A stretch of 64,000 nucleotides of DNA from an uncultured Actinomycetota bacterium (GCA_963750055.1 CAVVPI010000011.1:72503-136502), one strand, 5' to 3'; positions 49,227 through 61,790 are shown, numbered from the stretch's first letter. Numbers and translations: made by a program. Notes: generated by a model not told the origin, from the letters alone.

Positions 49227-49560
49227 TCGCGAAAACCCGATCGGTCATGGCCGCCGCCACCCCGGCCTGATACCGGGCTTGCCAGTCCCGCAGGGCGTGG
49301 GTGATCCGTACCGTCTCGTCCTGGGTGACCGCCAGCTCCGCGCGGAGTTCGGCCAGCTCGTCGGCGGCGCGGCGCAGGAAGACCTCCACCTCGTACGGGT
49401 CCAGGCCCCGCCGTACGGCCGGGAACCGCCGCTCCCGCACCTGGCGGGCGTCCAGCGGTGGACGGCTCGCCGATCGGTGGTGCCGGCCGGCGTTCGGCGG
49501 GCGCCGACGCTGACCGGGCTGGCTGGGTCGGGGTAGCAGGGATCGAAGAAGTACGCGCAC
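49215..49560 (-). pseudogene. third DivIVA-domain gene copy, truncated right after the DivIVA domain
   Basis: '...RPPLDARQVRERRFPAVRRGLDPYEVEVFLRRAADELAELRAELAVTQDETVRITHALRDWQARYQAGVAAAMTDR' then 'VFAIIPG' and Arg-rich read-through. The second domain found in copies A and B is absent. Its end is ~20 nt from the GntR stop. Confidence 0.35.
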
Positions 49561-49929
49561 GAGAGAACCACCTTCCGGGACGAGAACGGGTGGCGGCCCG
49601 ACCCGACCGCCGCAAAACGGCAGGCCGGACCACCACTTTCCCGGACCGTGAACCCCCACGGCCATCGGCACGACCGCGGAGCCACACAGTCCAACCGAGC
49701 CCGCGACCGCCCACGACGATCCCGCAGCTCAGGCGTGCTGTGTTGGCCAGGAGAGCCAGCCCCACACAAAGGACCAACCCACCCCAACCAGAGATCGAGC
49801 CCTTCCTCGTTGCCACGCGAGGAGCGCTCACCTCAACTTATGGCAGAACAGGAAGGAAGTCAACTTGGCTTCCTGTTGCTCCGGGATCGTCGGAACGTGA
49901 TCAAATCGGGGATGCCACGCGAGGAGTGT

Positions 49930-50171
49930 CATGCCTGCAACCCCGGACTACCTCCGGATCTCTGACGAGATCATCGCCAGACGTCAGAGCCGGCAAGTAC
50001 AAGGCCGGCAGACAAGCTGCCGTCGATCGCGGAGCAGTGCAAGCGGTACAATGTCACGCCTCAACGATCCAACTGGTCTTCGTCCGGCTTGAAGCGCTCG
50101 ACGTGATCGACCGGCACCAGGGCAAAGGCGTCTTCGTCACCGACCCCGCCACCTGGCTCCGCAAACCCTAA
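49930..50171 (+). pseudogene. degraded second short GntR-HTH copy (2 frame breaks)
   Basis: 'MPATPDYLRISDEIIARRQS..|..AGDKLPSIAEQCKRYNVT..|..IQLVFVRLEALDVIDRHQGKGVFVTDPATWLRKP*' aligns to 48999-49226 across three frames. The upstream 'cgaggagtgtcATGcctgc' resembles 'cgaggagtgccATGcctgc' at 48980. Confidence 0.4.
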
Positions 50172-51615
50172 CAGCGGTCAATTAGGCCATAGCGGCACTG
50201 GCCATACTTTGCCCTTAACCTGAGCGACTCCAGCCGCCTTGCCGACCCAACCACCAACGGCAGACTGCCGATCCTCGCCAGCAGCGGCATGGCCCAGAGC
50301 GACGGCCGACACGATGGCAGGCCTTCCGGAGGTCGCCAACTGGGTAGCGGTTCTGCCCAGAAACCCGGCGCAGTTCGACGCCTGTCCCAGCGCGAGGAGT
50401 AAGCCGTCCCGCACTACCTGCCCGCCGGCAGGCGATAACGCAGGCCCACGAAGGCGCCAGAGCACGCTCCCATCTTACCGTCTATTGATCTTGAGAAAGG
50501 GAAATCTCTGCCTAATCGCTTGGCCATGTAGTGGAGCAACAGGTTTCTGTGCCAAACTCGGCTTGGCGCTAGCTAGCGCCAGAAAACGCTACGGCGTGAC
50601 GCGGAAGACCCCCGCCCCAGGATTCGAGGCCCAGAGGCGGGAGCTTCCGACCAGTGGGATACGGGCTCACCTGGTCCGTTAGGTCAGGTGGGCCCGCAGC
50701 CCTGCACGGAGGGCAGGCTGCTAACCAACACCACCCCGTACGTGAGGATCTTCAGCACGAGTGCTGCACCCTCGCCCCTGCGCTGCCACCGGTTGATGCC
50801 AGCACTTGGACTGCGACCCGGAGGTCGCGCTCTGTGCTTTGCCACTAACCACCTCGATCAGCTCGGTGTGCACTTCGTCCCCCGCGCGCGTTGGGGCGAA
50901 CTACATCGGCACGATGAAGATCGAATGCGGTTAGTGCTATGGAGAAGCGTACTGGGCGCGACCGACAGAGCCGACGCGCCCTCTCTTGGTCTGGCATCCA
51001 GACCAGACAGCTCGGCATTCCACAGTTGTCAGGTCGCCTCGGACGCGTGTATGACGCCGAGCGAGTAATCGACTCCAACCTGTGGACTACCTACATCCAG
51101 GTCACTTTGTTTCACGTCAACCATTGCAGTCGCTACGAGTCGTCCGGTCAAGTCGACGGCACGTCCGGCGCGCCATCGGCCCTCTTTCTCCAACCAGAAC
51201 GATCTGAGGGATGTCCACAGATCTTGGAGGCATGTCTACATGCCTTGGAGAGATCCCTCTAGCAGTGCGGATTAACGAGCTACGCCACTTGCAATATCCG
51301 GCATTTCTACTCAACCTTAGGGAAATGTCACTTTTGCATGAGAAAGCCTAAAGTCGAGACCTGATCCCGCATCGGTTGCATCGTGTTCCACACTGCAGGC
51401 GGCTGCGGCCTGACGCGGAGCCGCAGAAGAGGTCACCACACCCTGCGGACGCGAGGAGGGACAGCAGTCATCCGTATGTGCATCAGGTGCTCGCTGATTC
51501 CACGACGCGGGGAGGGTCTGACGTCCGAAGCAGGCCGGCGACACCGAATGAAGACCGCGGAATCGCTCCGGCTAAGGTTCACGGCACGCGCTTGGCGATT
51601 CGCTAGGGAGCCTCA

Positions 51616-52953
51616 GTGTTCGAGCTGACCAACAGAGAGCTTGCCTCCGCCATCCTAATCATCGTGTTTGCGGGCGTGTATGTGCTTGTTCCAAGTCTGC
51701 GCCGCCAGATAGGTCCGAGTTTTGCAGGGGCACTCAAGGCATTCTTTGCCTGGAAGATCTTGTTCGCACTGTTTGTCTACCTCGCCTACGCCTTTGGACT
51801 CGTCTACGCGGCTTGGCGCGTGAGTCACTGGGATACGAGCCTACTGAAGGACACTCTGATCGTAGTGTTCTTCGTCGGGCTTCCAATGGTGTTCAGAGCC
51901 AACAAGATCAAGGAAGGCGCCAATCTCTTCCGTAACGTAGTACGTGACGTGGCAGGGGTATCGGCGCTTCTCGCGTTCTACGTAGGTTTCGGGTCACTTG
52001 CACTGTGGGCTGAGCTACTCTTGCAGCCAGTCGCGATCTTCCTCGGCCTTCTGACAGCCATCGCTTATCAGAACCCCGCACATCGGGCTGCCGAAAAATT
52101 AGCCAGTAGGCTACTGGCCATCATCGGCATCGCGCTGCTCGGCTGCGCGACGATGACTATCGCTTCGAGTTGGAACGTAAGCGATTTATCCGATTCTTTG
52201 AAGAGTCTGGCCTTGTCCATTTGGCTCCCCCTCGCCATGATCCCCTTTGTCTACACATTCGCCTATGTAATGTACTGTGAATCAGCCCTGGCGATGCTGC
52301 CGTTCTTCAATAACAAGCGGAAGTCAGCATGGCACGTACGCGTGATGTGTGTTCTTGGGCTTCGCTTCAGCACGCGTCTGGCTTCAGAACTCAGGGGACG
52401 TTGGCTCGGCGAATTGGCCCAATCGAGTGGATTCACAAATTCTCGTCAAGTGATGAAGAGATTCCGCCAGGCGGTGAAACGGCGTGACGGTGAACTCAGA
52501 GCATTCGATGATCAGCTTGAAGCGATGACTGAGGCGCCAGGGGCTGGTGAGGACGGCCTCCAACTCGATCGCCGAGAGTTCCATGCCACCAAGCAAGAAC
52601 TCTTGCACATGTCCGTGATGCAAATGGGTTGGTATCGAAATCGGGGCGCTCATTATCGACCGGAGCTTCTGGGTCTGCTCGGCGACGTAACGAAAAAAGG
52701 CTTACCTGCCGACCACGGCATCCAACTTGTCGTACGGAAGGACAAGCAGGCATGGCAGGCGTGGCGGAAGTGTCCGAACGGGTGGTACTTCGGGATCGGG
52801 GGCACTCGCACGCTTGAACACCAATGGCAGTACGATGGCGCCACGCCGCCGGCTGGTTTCCCATCGGACAAGTCGCCAGGCTGGGTCAACGCAAGCCTTC
52901 ACGCCTCGTCGCCCGAGTGGGCCAAGAACGACGAACCGCCCAATCGAGTCTAG
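51616..52953 (+). CDS. multi-pass membrane protein with ~190 aa C-terminal cytoplasmic domain; low-GC, function unknown
   Basis: 445 aa, intact, ~54% GC versus ~70% background. ~7-8 predicted TM helices in aa 1-250 ('AILIIVFAGVYVLV', 'ILFALFVYLAYAFGLVYAAW', 'LIVVFFVGLPMVF', 'LLAFYVGFGSLALWAELLLQPVAIFLGLLTAIAY', 'LLAIIGIALLGCATMTIA', 'LALSIWLPLAMIPFVYTFAYVMY'), then a charged soluble domain. It leads the Type I R-M island. Confidence 0.55.
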   Translation: MFELTNRELASAILIIVFAGVYVLVPSLRRQIGPSFAGALKAFFAWKILFALFVYLAYAFGLVYAAWRVSHWDTSLLKDTLIVVFFVGLPMVFRANKIKEGANLFRNVVRDVAGVSALLAFYVGFGSLALWAELLLQPVAIFLGLLTAIAYQNPAHRAAEKLASRLLAIIGIALLGCATMTIASSWNVSDLSDSLKSLALSIWLPLAMIPFVYTFAYVMYCESALAMLPFFNNKRKSAWHVRVMCVLGLRFSTRLASELRGRWLGELAQSSGFTNSRQVMKRFRQAVKRRDGELRAFDDQLEAMTEAPGAGEDGLQLDRREFHATKQELLHMSVMQMGWYRNRGAHYRPELLGLLGDVTKKGLPADHGIQLVVRKDKQAWQAWRKCPNGWYFGIGGTRTLEHQWQYDGATPPAGFPSDKSPGWVNASLHASSPEWAKNDEPPNRV

Positions 52954-53039
52954 TCGACGACCTCGTGCCGCAGCACGATCGATCTTAAGTGCTGGACTGC
53001 TGGCAGATCTCCGCTATCCTGGCCTGTTCGCCGTCGACT

Positions 53040-53449
53040 ATGGAGCGGGGAGGCTCGTGGATCCACGGCAGGTACGGAAGCTGGCCGCACAGTCGGCCAA
53101 CTTTGGCTTCTTACACGCACACCCGCTCCTGGTCTGGTACGGCGCGGGCGCTGAAGCGCTGGTCTATGTCGATGCTCAGGCGTCGATGTTCAAGAGCCGA
53201 GCCTTCGGCGATGTGCTGGCCAACGACTTGGTGCGGCGCGACCCGGCTAAACCGACGAAATCCACCTTTTATCACCGAGTGGAGGCGCTCAACGCGAGCG
53301 GCGTCCTGATGCCGGAGATCTACGCGGCGTTCGATCGGTTGCGCGATGACGGCAACAAGGCGGTACACGACCACCTGGGCGAGGTGCGTACCGCGCTGGA
53401 GTTGCTGCGTACCTGCTTCGAGCTGGGGTGTGGTTTCACCGGGCGCTGA
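53040..53449 (+). CDS. DUF4145-like domain ORF, possibly the N-terminal part of hsdR separated by a frame break
   Basis: '...FYHRVEALNASGVLMPEIYAAFDRLRDDGNKAVHDHLGEVRTALELLRTCFELG' carries the DUF4145-type 'R..GN.aaH...' motif. The frame is open from upstream with no clear start (first in-frame GTG ~53040). Its stop overlaps the hsdR 5' region. Confidence 0.35.
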
Positions 53450-56400
53450 CCGGAGACCGTAGCCCGATCGGCTTCGTGCCGCCTACTCCGCCGCCGCAGC
53501 AGGTCCCGCAGGCCGTCGCCGACGGGCTCCAGGCCGAGCTGCACCATTACCAGCAGGAGTTGGCCGAGACAAAACTGCTGCTGGCCGGACAAGCCGTCAC
53601 TGGCGCAGGCGCGGGCCGAAGCGCTTGCCGAGGCCGAGCGGGCGGTACGCGACGCGGACGCCCGCCGGGGCAGCGCGGCCTCGCTGGTGGCGAGCCTGGA
53701 ACCGGCCGTCGAGGCGGCCCAGCAGGAGTTCGACAGCCGCCAAACCGGCCAGAGGTCTCGGCGGCCAGGCGGGAGGAGTTCATCGCCCGCGCCCGCCGTG
53801 CCTCGCACGAGCCGCTCAACGAGGCGCAGACCCGGGTCGAGATCGACCGTCAGTTCGCGGCGGCCGGCTGGGCAGGTCCAGGACGAGACGCCAGCTCAAC
53901 CTGTTCGCGGAGCAGGGCGTCGCCGTCCGAGAGGTGACCCTGGCCACCGGTCGAGCGGACTACCTGCTCTATGTGGACAGCCGACTGGTCGGCGTGATCG
54001 AGGCCAAGCGGGAGGGCACCGCCCCGCGGGGCGTGGAGGCGCAGCTCGACCGATACCTGCGCGGGCTCACCGCTGAGCAGCGGATAGCCGCCTGGCGACG
54101 GGACGAGCCCTTGCCATTCGGCTACGTCGCCACCGGGCACCGAGACGGCATTCGTCAACGGGCTCGACCCGTTTCCGCGTACTCGGGAGGTCTTTGCCTT
54201 TCACCGGCCGGAGACCCTGGCCCGGTGGATGCGGGAGGCGGACGGACGATCCGGCCGCGCCGACGCTGCGTGCCCGGCTGCGCCGGATGCCGGCGCTGGA
54301 CCGCGCGAGCGGTCTGCGGCCGGCGCAGATCGACGCCATCACGGCCTGGAACGGTCGCTCGCCGAGGACCGTCCCCGGTCGCTGATCCAGATGGCGACGG
54401 GCGCGGGGAAGACCTTCACCGCGGTCACCGACCAGCTACCGGCTGCTCAAGCACGCCCGCGCCGAACCGGATCCTCTTCCTGGTCGACCGGAACAACCTG
54501 GGTAAGCAGACCCTGCGCGAGTACGCCGGCTATCAGACTCCCGACGACGGGCGGAAGTTCACCGAGCTGTACAACGTGCGACCGGCTCTCCGGCGCGGGC
54601 ATGCTCGACTCGTCCACCGTCGTCATCTCCACGATCCAGCGGCTGTACGGCGCACTGCGCGGCCGAGGACCTGCCCGACGTGGATGCCGACGACCGCGCG
54701 TACGACAGCTACGACCTGGACGAACCGGCCGAGGTCGGCTACAACCCGCAGATCCCGCCGGAGACCTTCGACCTGATCGTGGTGGACGAGTGCCACCGCT
54801 CGATCTACGGCAAGTGGCGCGGCGGTGATCGAATACTTCGACGCGTTCGTGGTCGGGCTGACCGCCACCCCGGTCAAGCAGACCCTCGGGATTCTTCCAG
54901 CAGAACCTGGTCTCCGAGTACACCTACGAGCAGGCGGTGGCCGACGGGGTGAACGTCGGCTTCGACGTCTACCGGATCAAGACGCAGATCACCGAGGCCG
55001 GCGCGCACGATCGAGGCCGGCACGGTCGGTGCCGCTGCGCGACCGCCGCACCCGCGCCGAGCGCTACCAGGAGTTGGAGGACGACTTCACGTACGGCGGC
55101 AGCCAGGTCGGCCGGTCGGTGATCTCCAAGGGGCAGCTCCAGCTGGTGCTGGAGACCTTCCGCGACCGGCTGTTCACCGAGATCTTCCCGGGCCGCACCA
55201 CCGTGCCCAAGACGCTGATCTTCGCGCGGGACGACAACCACGCCGAGGAGATCGTCACGATGGTCCGGGACGGTCTTCAACCGGGGCAACGACTTCGCCG
55301 CGAAGATCACCTACGCCTCCCGCCGGGACGGCGACAACCCCGACGACCTGCTCCAGGCGTTCCGCAACAGCCCGGAGCTGCGCATCGCGGTGACCGTCGA
55401 CATGATCGCCACCGGCACCGACGTCACGCCCCTGGAGTGCGTCTTCTTCCTCCGCCCGGTGCGCAGCGCCACCTACTTCGAGCAGATGAAGGGCCGAGGC
55501 GCCCGCACCATCGACCCCGCCGAGTTCCAGGCGGTCACCCCGGACGCCGAGGTCAAGGACCGGTTCGTCATCGTCGACGCGGTCGGCGTCACCGAAGCCG
55601 ACCTGGACGAGGCGGTGCCGCTGCAACGCCACTCCGAGCGGCAGATCTCCCTGCGCGACCTGCTGCGCAAGGCCGGCACCCTGACCGCCACCCCGGACGA
55701 GGTGGCCACCCTCGCCGCCCGGCTGGCCCGGCTCGACCAGCAGCTCACCGACGACGAACGCGACGAACTGGCCGACCTCGCCGGACAGCCGCTGAACCGG
55801 CATCGTGCGCGGCCTGGTCGACGCGGTCGCCCCGGAACAGCTCAACCCCGCCCGCGAGGCCGGGCCCGGCGCCGTACGCGAGCTGATGGCCGGGCGCTGC
55901 GCCCGCTGGCCGCCAACCCGCAGCTGCGGGAGCGCATCCTGGAGATCCGGCGGGCGCACGACATCACCATCGACGAGGTGAACCGCCGACACGCCTGCTC
56001 TCCGCAGCCGGGCGTGCCGGCTGAGGAGCGCGCCCAGGTCACGGTCAAGAGCTGGCACGACTACCTGGAGCAGCACCGCGACGAGATCACCGCCTTGCAG
56101 GTCTTCTACGAGGGCAGAGGCCGGGTCGACTTCGAGCAGCTCAAGGACCTGGCTCCGCGGATCGCCCGGCCGCCGCAGGCATGGACCCCGGATTCGCTGT
56201 GGAAGGCGTACGTCCTGCTCGGCCGCACCTCGGCCGAGCGCCCGGCAATCGGGGCGTCACCGACCTGGTCAGCCTCGATCCGGTACGAGTTGGGGCTCGA
56301 CCAGGAGCTGAGGCCCTACCGCAGCGTGGTCGAGGAGCGCTTCCGTGGGTGGCTGCTCCGGCAGGAACAGGCGGGCGTTACCTTCACCTGCCGACCAGGT

Positions 56401-56572
56401 GTGGTGGCTGGAGAGGATCAAGGACGTGATAGCGGTCAGCGTGGAGACTCAGTGCCGACGACCTGGAGGGCATGCCGTTCAGCGAGCGCGGCGGCATCGA
56501 CGGCTTCGCCAACGCCTTCGGCTCCAGCGCCGAACCCATCATCACCGAACTCAACCTGGAACTCCCCGCATG
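53449..56572 (+). CDS. hsdR: Type I restriction enzyme R subunit (HsdR); >=8 apparent frameshifts, so either a pseudogene or error-dense
   Basis: Pieces across all three frames: N-terminal nuclease domain 'EAQTRVEIDRQFAAAGW...LATGRADYLLYVDSRLVGVIEAKREG'; helicase motif I 'LIQMATGAGKTFTAVT'; DEAH-like 'DLIVVDECHRSIYGKW'; 'FVVGLTATP'; C-terminal helical domain '...RFRGWLLRQEQAGVTFT..DQVWWLERIKDVIAVS...ELNLELPA*'. ATGA overlap with hsdS. Confidence 0.7.
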
Positions 56573-58074
56573 ACCGACCTGCCTCCCGGATGGGAGCGGA
56601 CAACTCTTGGCGAGGTTGCCGAAGTGCGCCTCGGCGACAACGGTCGCCGAAAAATCATACTGGTGCGAACATGCGACCTTATCTCCGTGCCGGCAACGTC
56701 GGATGGCAGGGCCTCAAGCTCGATGATGTGAAAGAAATGAACTTCACCGACGACGAAGTTAAGGTATACGAGCTACGACCCGGTGATATTGTGCTTGGGG
56801 AAGCCTCTGGCAGTCCAGACGAAGTAGGGAAGCCTGCTCTCTGGAACGATGAAATTGAAGAATGCTGTTTTCAGAACACTTTAATCCGTGTGCGGAGTCA
56901 CGGACCTGATCCCCGCTATTTGCTTCACTTCCTGCGCCATGAGGCATTGCGGGGCGCCTTTGTCGAGCACTCACGGGGCGTCGGAATCCACCATCTTGGA
57001 GCTGCCCAACTGTCGGCTTGGCCAGTATTGGTGCCACCGCTCGCCGAGCAGCGCCGAATCGTTGCCGCCCTCGAAGACCACCTCTCCCGTCTCGACGTAG
57101 CCTCTACGCTTTTGAAGACCATAAGACCACGAAGTGCGGCACTCCGAAATTCGTGTCTCGATCGAGCAGTCCGTGGCACCCTACTAGGCTCCGGGCAAAG
57201 ACTGGATGCAGTTGGCTCCCGTTCAGAAGTTCGTGGGCGATCCGGTAAAAAAATTGACTATTCAAAGTTGCCCCCACTGCCGATCGGTTGGAAGTGGCGA
57301 GCCGCCGAAGATGTCTGCGTTTCCATTACTTCGGGCAGCACGCCGCCTGCTGATTTAATGCACACAAATGACGGCGGCATCCCTTTCCTGAAAGTGTACA
57401 ACCTCACGAAAGTAGGGTCAGTCGACTTCACTATCCGTCCGACTTTCGTCGACAAATCGACCCACGAAGGCCAGCTTCGTCGATCCCGGGTTAAACCTCA
57501 GGATGTCCTTACCAACATTGTTGGCCCCCCACTCGGCAAGACCGCCATCGTTCCTGATGATCACCTAGAGTGGAATATAAACCAGGCAATAGTTGCATTC
57601 CGCGCAGGGCCAGAAATACTACCAAAGTGGCTCTCGTTGACCTTGCAGTCACCGTTGATTCTTGGTTTATTGAAGGACACAGCAAGGGCAACTGCTGGCC
57701 AGTTTAACATCGCCCTCTCAACTTGCCGAGAGCTACCGCTTCCAGTGCCACCTTTGGAGCAGCAACAGCATTTAGTAACGGCGGTTGACGCCATACTCTC
57801 GGCTATCTCCGTAGCCGGAAACCACCCCCACCCAACTTGCTATGGCGGCTGCTCTGAGATCGTCCTTGCTACAGGAGGCGTTTGCAGGGCGACTGGTGCC
57901 GCAGGATCCTTCGGATGAGCCGGCGTCGGAGTTGTCGGCCCGGATCAGGGCTGAGCGGGCCGCCGTACCGCCGAAGCAGCGGGCGGCGCACGGACGTCGT
58001 ACCGCTAAGAAGGAGCTGGCGGCGCCGCCGACCAGGGTGACCGGCGACGACTACGAGCAGGGAGAGTTGCCGCT

Positions 58075-58078
<4 letters not shown>
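56570..58078 (+). CDS. hsdS: Type I R-M specificity subunit (HsdS), two target-recognition domains; ~2 frame breaks
   Basis: 'MTDLPPGWERTTLGEVAEVRLG...' plus conserved spacer motifs 'LPPLAEQRRIVAALEDHLSRLD' and 'LPLPVPPLEQQQHLVTAVDAILSAI'. The two TRD regions (~56700-57050 and ~57250-57750) drop to ~50% GC. GTGA overlap with hsdM. Confidence 0.7.
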
Positions 58079-59595
<1,517 letters not shown>

Positions 59596-59640
59596 TCGTA
59601 CTGATTGCGATTATCGCAATCAGCCGGTTACCCTCGCGGT

Positions 59641-60783
59641 ATGGTCCTGAGCCGGGAGACGCTGGCCGCGCGAGTGCGCGCAGCCATCGATTCCAGCGGC
59701 CGCTGCCAACGCGACATCGCCGAGGCTGTCGAGCTGGACCCGACGGCGCTCAGCAAGGCACTGGCCGCCAAACGCGACTTCAAGTCATTGGAGATCGCGC
59801 TGCTCGCCGAAGAGCTCGGGTTACGGACCGACGATCTGCTCGCCGATGACGACGCACCCCCGCGTCAGCCGGCGGCCATGGCCGCTCGTATTCAGGTAGG
59901 CGCGGCGCCTGCCGTCGCAGAGGCGGTCCAGTTCGCGGACGAGTTGCTTGAACTCGATCGGCTCCTCACCGAGCTGGGGCATCCGCCGAAACCTGCCACG
60001 ATCACTTGGCCCACGGTAAAGCCCGAACTCGGGCCAGTTGTGCAAGGCGAGACCCTGGCCGGTGCGCTGCGAACGCGGCTTAACCTGGCCGAGCAGGACC
60101 TTCCATATCACCTCGACAAGTTGGCCACCCTGCTCGAACAGGAGCTAGGAGTCGACGTCGCGTTCCGTCCCCTGCCTGATGGGCTGGACGGCTTGGCTAT
60201 CGGCTCGGGCAACTTTCGGCTTGTCTTGGTCTCCAGCACCATCTTCGCCACTCGTCAGCGATTCACCCTCGCCCACGAGATCGGGCACCTGCTCACCGGC
60301 GACTCCGATCAGCTAATCGTCGACGAAGACGTCCTCGGCAACCACAACGACCAAGAACGGCGAGCCAACGCCTTCGCAGCGGCATTCCTGATGCCGAAGC
60401 GCCTGCTGAAGGAAGCAGTCCCCCACGGCTCGTTGACGGAATCACAGGTTGCCGACCTGCTTGGCCGCTTTGGTGTGAGCCGGGACGCACTGGCCATCCA
60501 GCTGTACAAGCAGCATCTGGTCAAGGGCCCGGAACGAGATCAGATCAGAGAGATCGCCTCATCCCGGATCACCTCCCATCCTGGGCGGGTCATGGATCTA
60601 CAGGCTCAGGGCCGCACCCGGCTGCCCGGCAACCTCTTAAAACGAGCACTCGACGCATACGATGCCGGCGACCTGGGCATCCGACCGCTCGCGAACCTGC
60701 TGGGGAAAGACCCCAACCGACTCCTTGACGAGATGGCACCCTCGCGTCGAGGTCCCGACGGGGAGGCGGCCTACCGGTTGTGA
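59641..60783 (+). CDS. XRE-type HTH fused to ImmA/IrrE-family (COG2856) zinc metallopeptidase
   Basis: HTH 'LAARVRAAIDSSGRCQRDIAEAVELDPTALSKALAAKRDFKSLEIALLAEELGLRTDDLL'. Peptidase HEXXH 'FTLAHEIGHLLTGD' followed by '...ERRANAFAAAFLMPKRLL'. Intact. GTGA overlap with the downstream ORF. Confidence 0.7.
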   Translation: MVLSRETLAARVRAAIDSSGRCQRDIAEAVELDPTALSKALAAKRDFKSLEIALLAEELGLRTDDLLADDDAPPRQPAAMAARIQVGAAPAVAEAVQFADELLELDRLLTELGHPPKPATITWPTVKPELGPVVQGETLAGALRTRLNLAEQDLPYHLDKLATLLEQELGVDVAFRPLPDGLDGLAIGSGNFRLVLVSSTIFATRQRFTLAHEIGHLLTGDSDQLIVDEDVLGNHNDQERRANAFAAAFLMPKRLLKEAVPHGSLTESQVADLLGRFGVSRDALAIQLYKQHLVKGPERDQIREIASSRITSHPGRVMDLQAQGRTRLPGNLLKRALDAYDAGDLGIRPLANLLGKDPNRLLDEMAPSRRGPDGEAAYRL

Positions 60784-61316
60784 CCAACCCCGTCAGCGTC
60801 TTCTTCGACGCCTGCACCCTGCAGAACTTCGCCGTGGTCGATCGTCTCGATCTCCTCGAAAAGCGATTCGCCGGCCGGGCCGGTTGGACGGAAGGCACAG
60901 CATTCGAGATACGGCGCGGCGTCCGCGAGGTACCCACCCTTGCCCCACTGCTCAACGCGGTCTGGCTCGGAACGCCGATCTCCGTCGGCGACCTGCCACC
61001 CGAAAAACAGCAGGTCGACCGGATCCGTCGAGCTATCGGTGGCGGCAACGCCCGCCCCTTGGAGCACCTCGGCGAGGCTCAGGTCATACATCACCTGCTC
61101 CAGAAACCGGGAGCGGTTTTCGCCACCGACGACCGACTGGCAGCCCACTACGCCAACGGAAAAGGAATAGGAACCATCAACTCGGCTGACATCCTGTCTG
61201 ACTGCTTCGACGCTGACCTCGCCGGCTGCCCGGAGGCCTTCGAAGTGCTGCGCACGATGGCCCAATTGGGGCGCGGCGTCGCCGTACCGCCCAGTCACCT
61301 CTACGTGTGCCCCTAG
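60780..61316 (+). CDS. small protein translationally coupled to HTH-ImmA; PIN-like / DUF4411-type candidate (toxin-like partner)
   Basis: 178 aa, intact. N-terminal 'VFFDACTLQNFAVVDRLDLLEK' resembles the start of a PIN-like fold with acidic residues. The family assignment is tentative. Genomic coupling to a COG2856 gene is the main evidence. Confidence 0.35.
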   Translation: MTNPVSVFFDACTLQNFAVVDRLDLLEKRFAGRAGWTEGTAFEIRRGVREVPTLAPLLNAVWLGTPISVGDLPPEKQQVDRIRRAIGGGNARPLEHLGEAQVIHHLLQKPGAVFATDDRLAAHYANGKGIGTINSADILSDCFDADLAGCPEAFEVLRTMAQLGRGVAVPPSHLYVCP

Positions 61317-61790
61317 GCCGAGTCCCAGCCCTCGGATAGCCAAACCGTGCGGCCTGACTCGTTGCGTTCCCCGGGCTTACCGAAAAGTCGTAGCCCCGGC
61401 GACTTGGCCGAGGCCAGCGGTCCACCGGGGCTTTCCATCTCAAAATCTACCCGACCGGCCCAGCGGAGCGCTCAGGAAGCAGCGTGCCAAGCGTCGCACC
61501 GCCGCCATCCGTTTTTGCGGGGCCATGGGTCGAGCAGTGGCTCTCCCAGCCCGGCCGACTCGGCATGACCCCTCGATGCGGCTCTGCCTGTTGCTCAGGT
61601 CTGCTCGCGCATCCGAGGTGACCGCAGCAGTAGTCCCCACCGCGCCCGACGAGGTCCTCGTCGAGATCGTCGACGAGGTCCACCTACCGCTGGTACGGAA
61701 ACGCGGCACGACACCGGCGAGTGGATATCGTTGACGGCCAAGTGACCGGGACGCGGACCGACCGTTCACCCGGCATGCGAGGAGGAGATT

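Noticed and set aside
49102-49248. Extension of the third DivIVA ORF to 49102, overlapping the GntR gene
   Set aside because: Beyond 'MTDRVFAIIPG' the translation is poly-Arg junk antisense to a well-formed GntR HTH. This is treated as read-through past a truncation point, not a real protein.
50200-51615. Searched the ~1.4 kb low-GC apparently gene-free stretch at the island's left edge for a tRNA gene, integrase remnant or att-like direct repeat
   Set aside because: No tRNA-like T-arm (GGTTCGAATCC-type) or cloverleaf was found. The ORFs there (50688-51068, 50939-51262) have junk-like composition. No direct repeat matching the island's right edge could be identified by eye.
61320-61790. Searched the 470-nt region upstream of the BtuF/FecB-like binding protein for a cobalamin riboswitch (B12 box GCCACTG) or other leader
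   Set aside because: No B12-box or recognisable riboswitch core was found. Only a GAGGAG SD before the GTG start.
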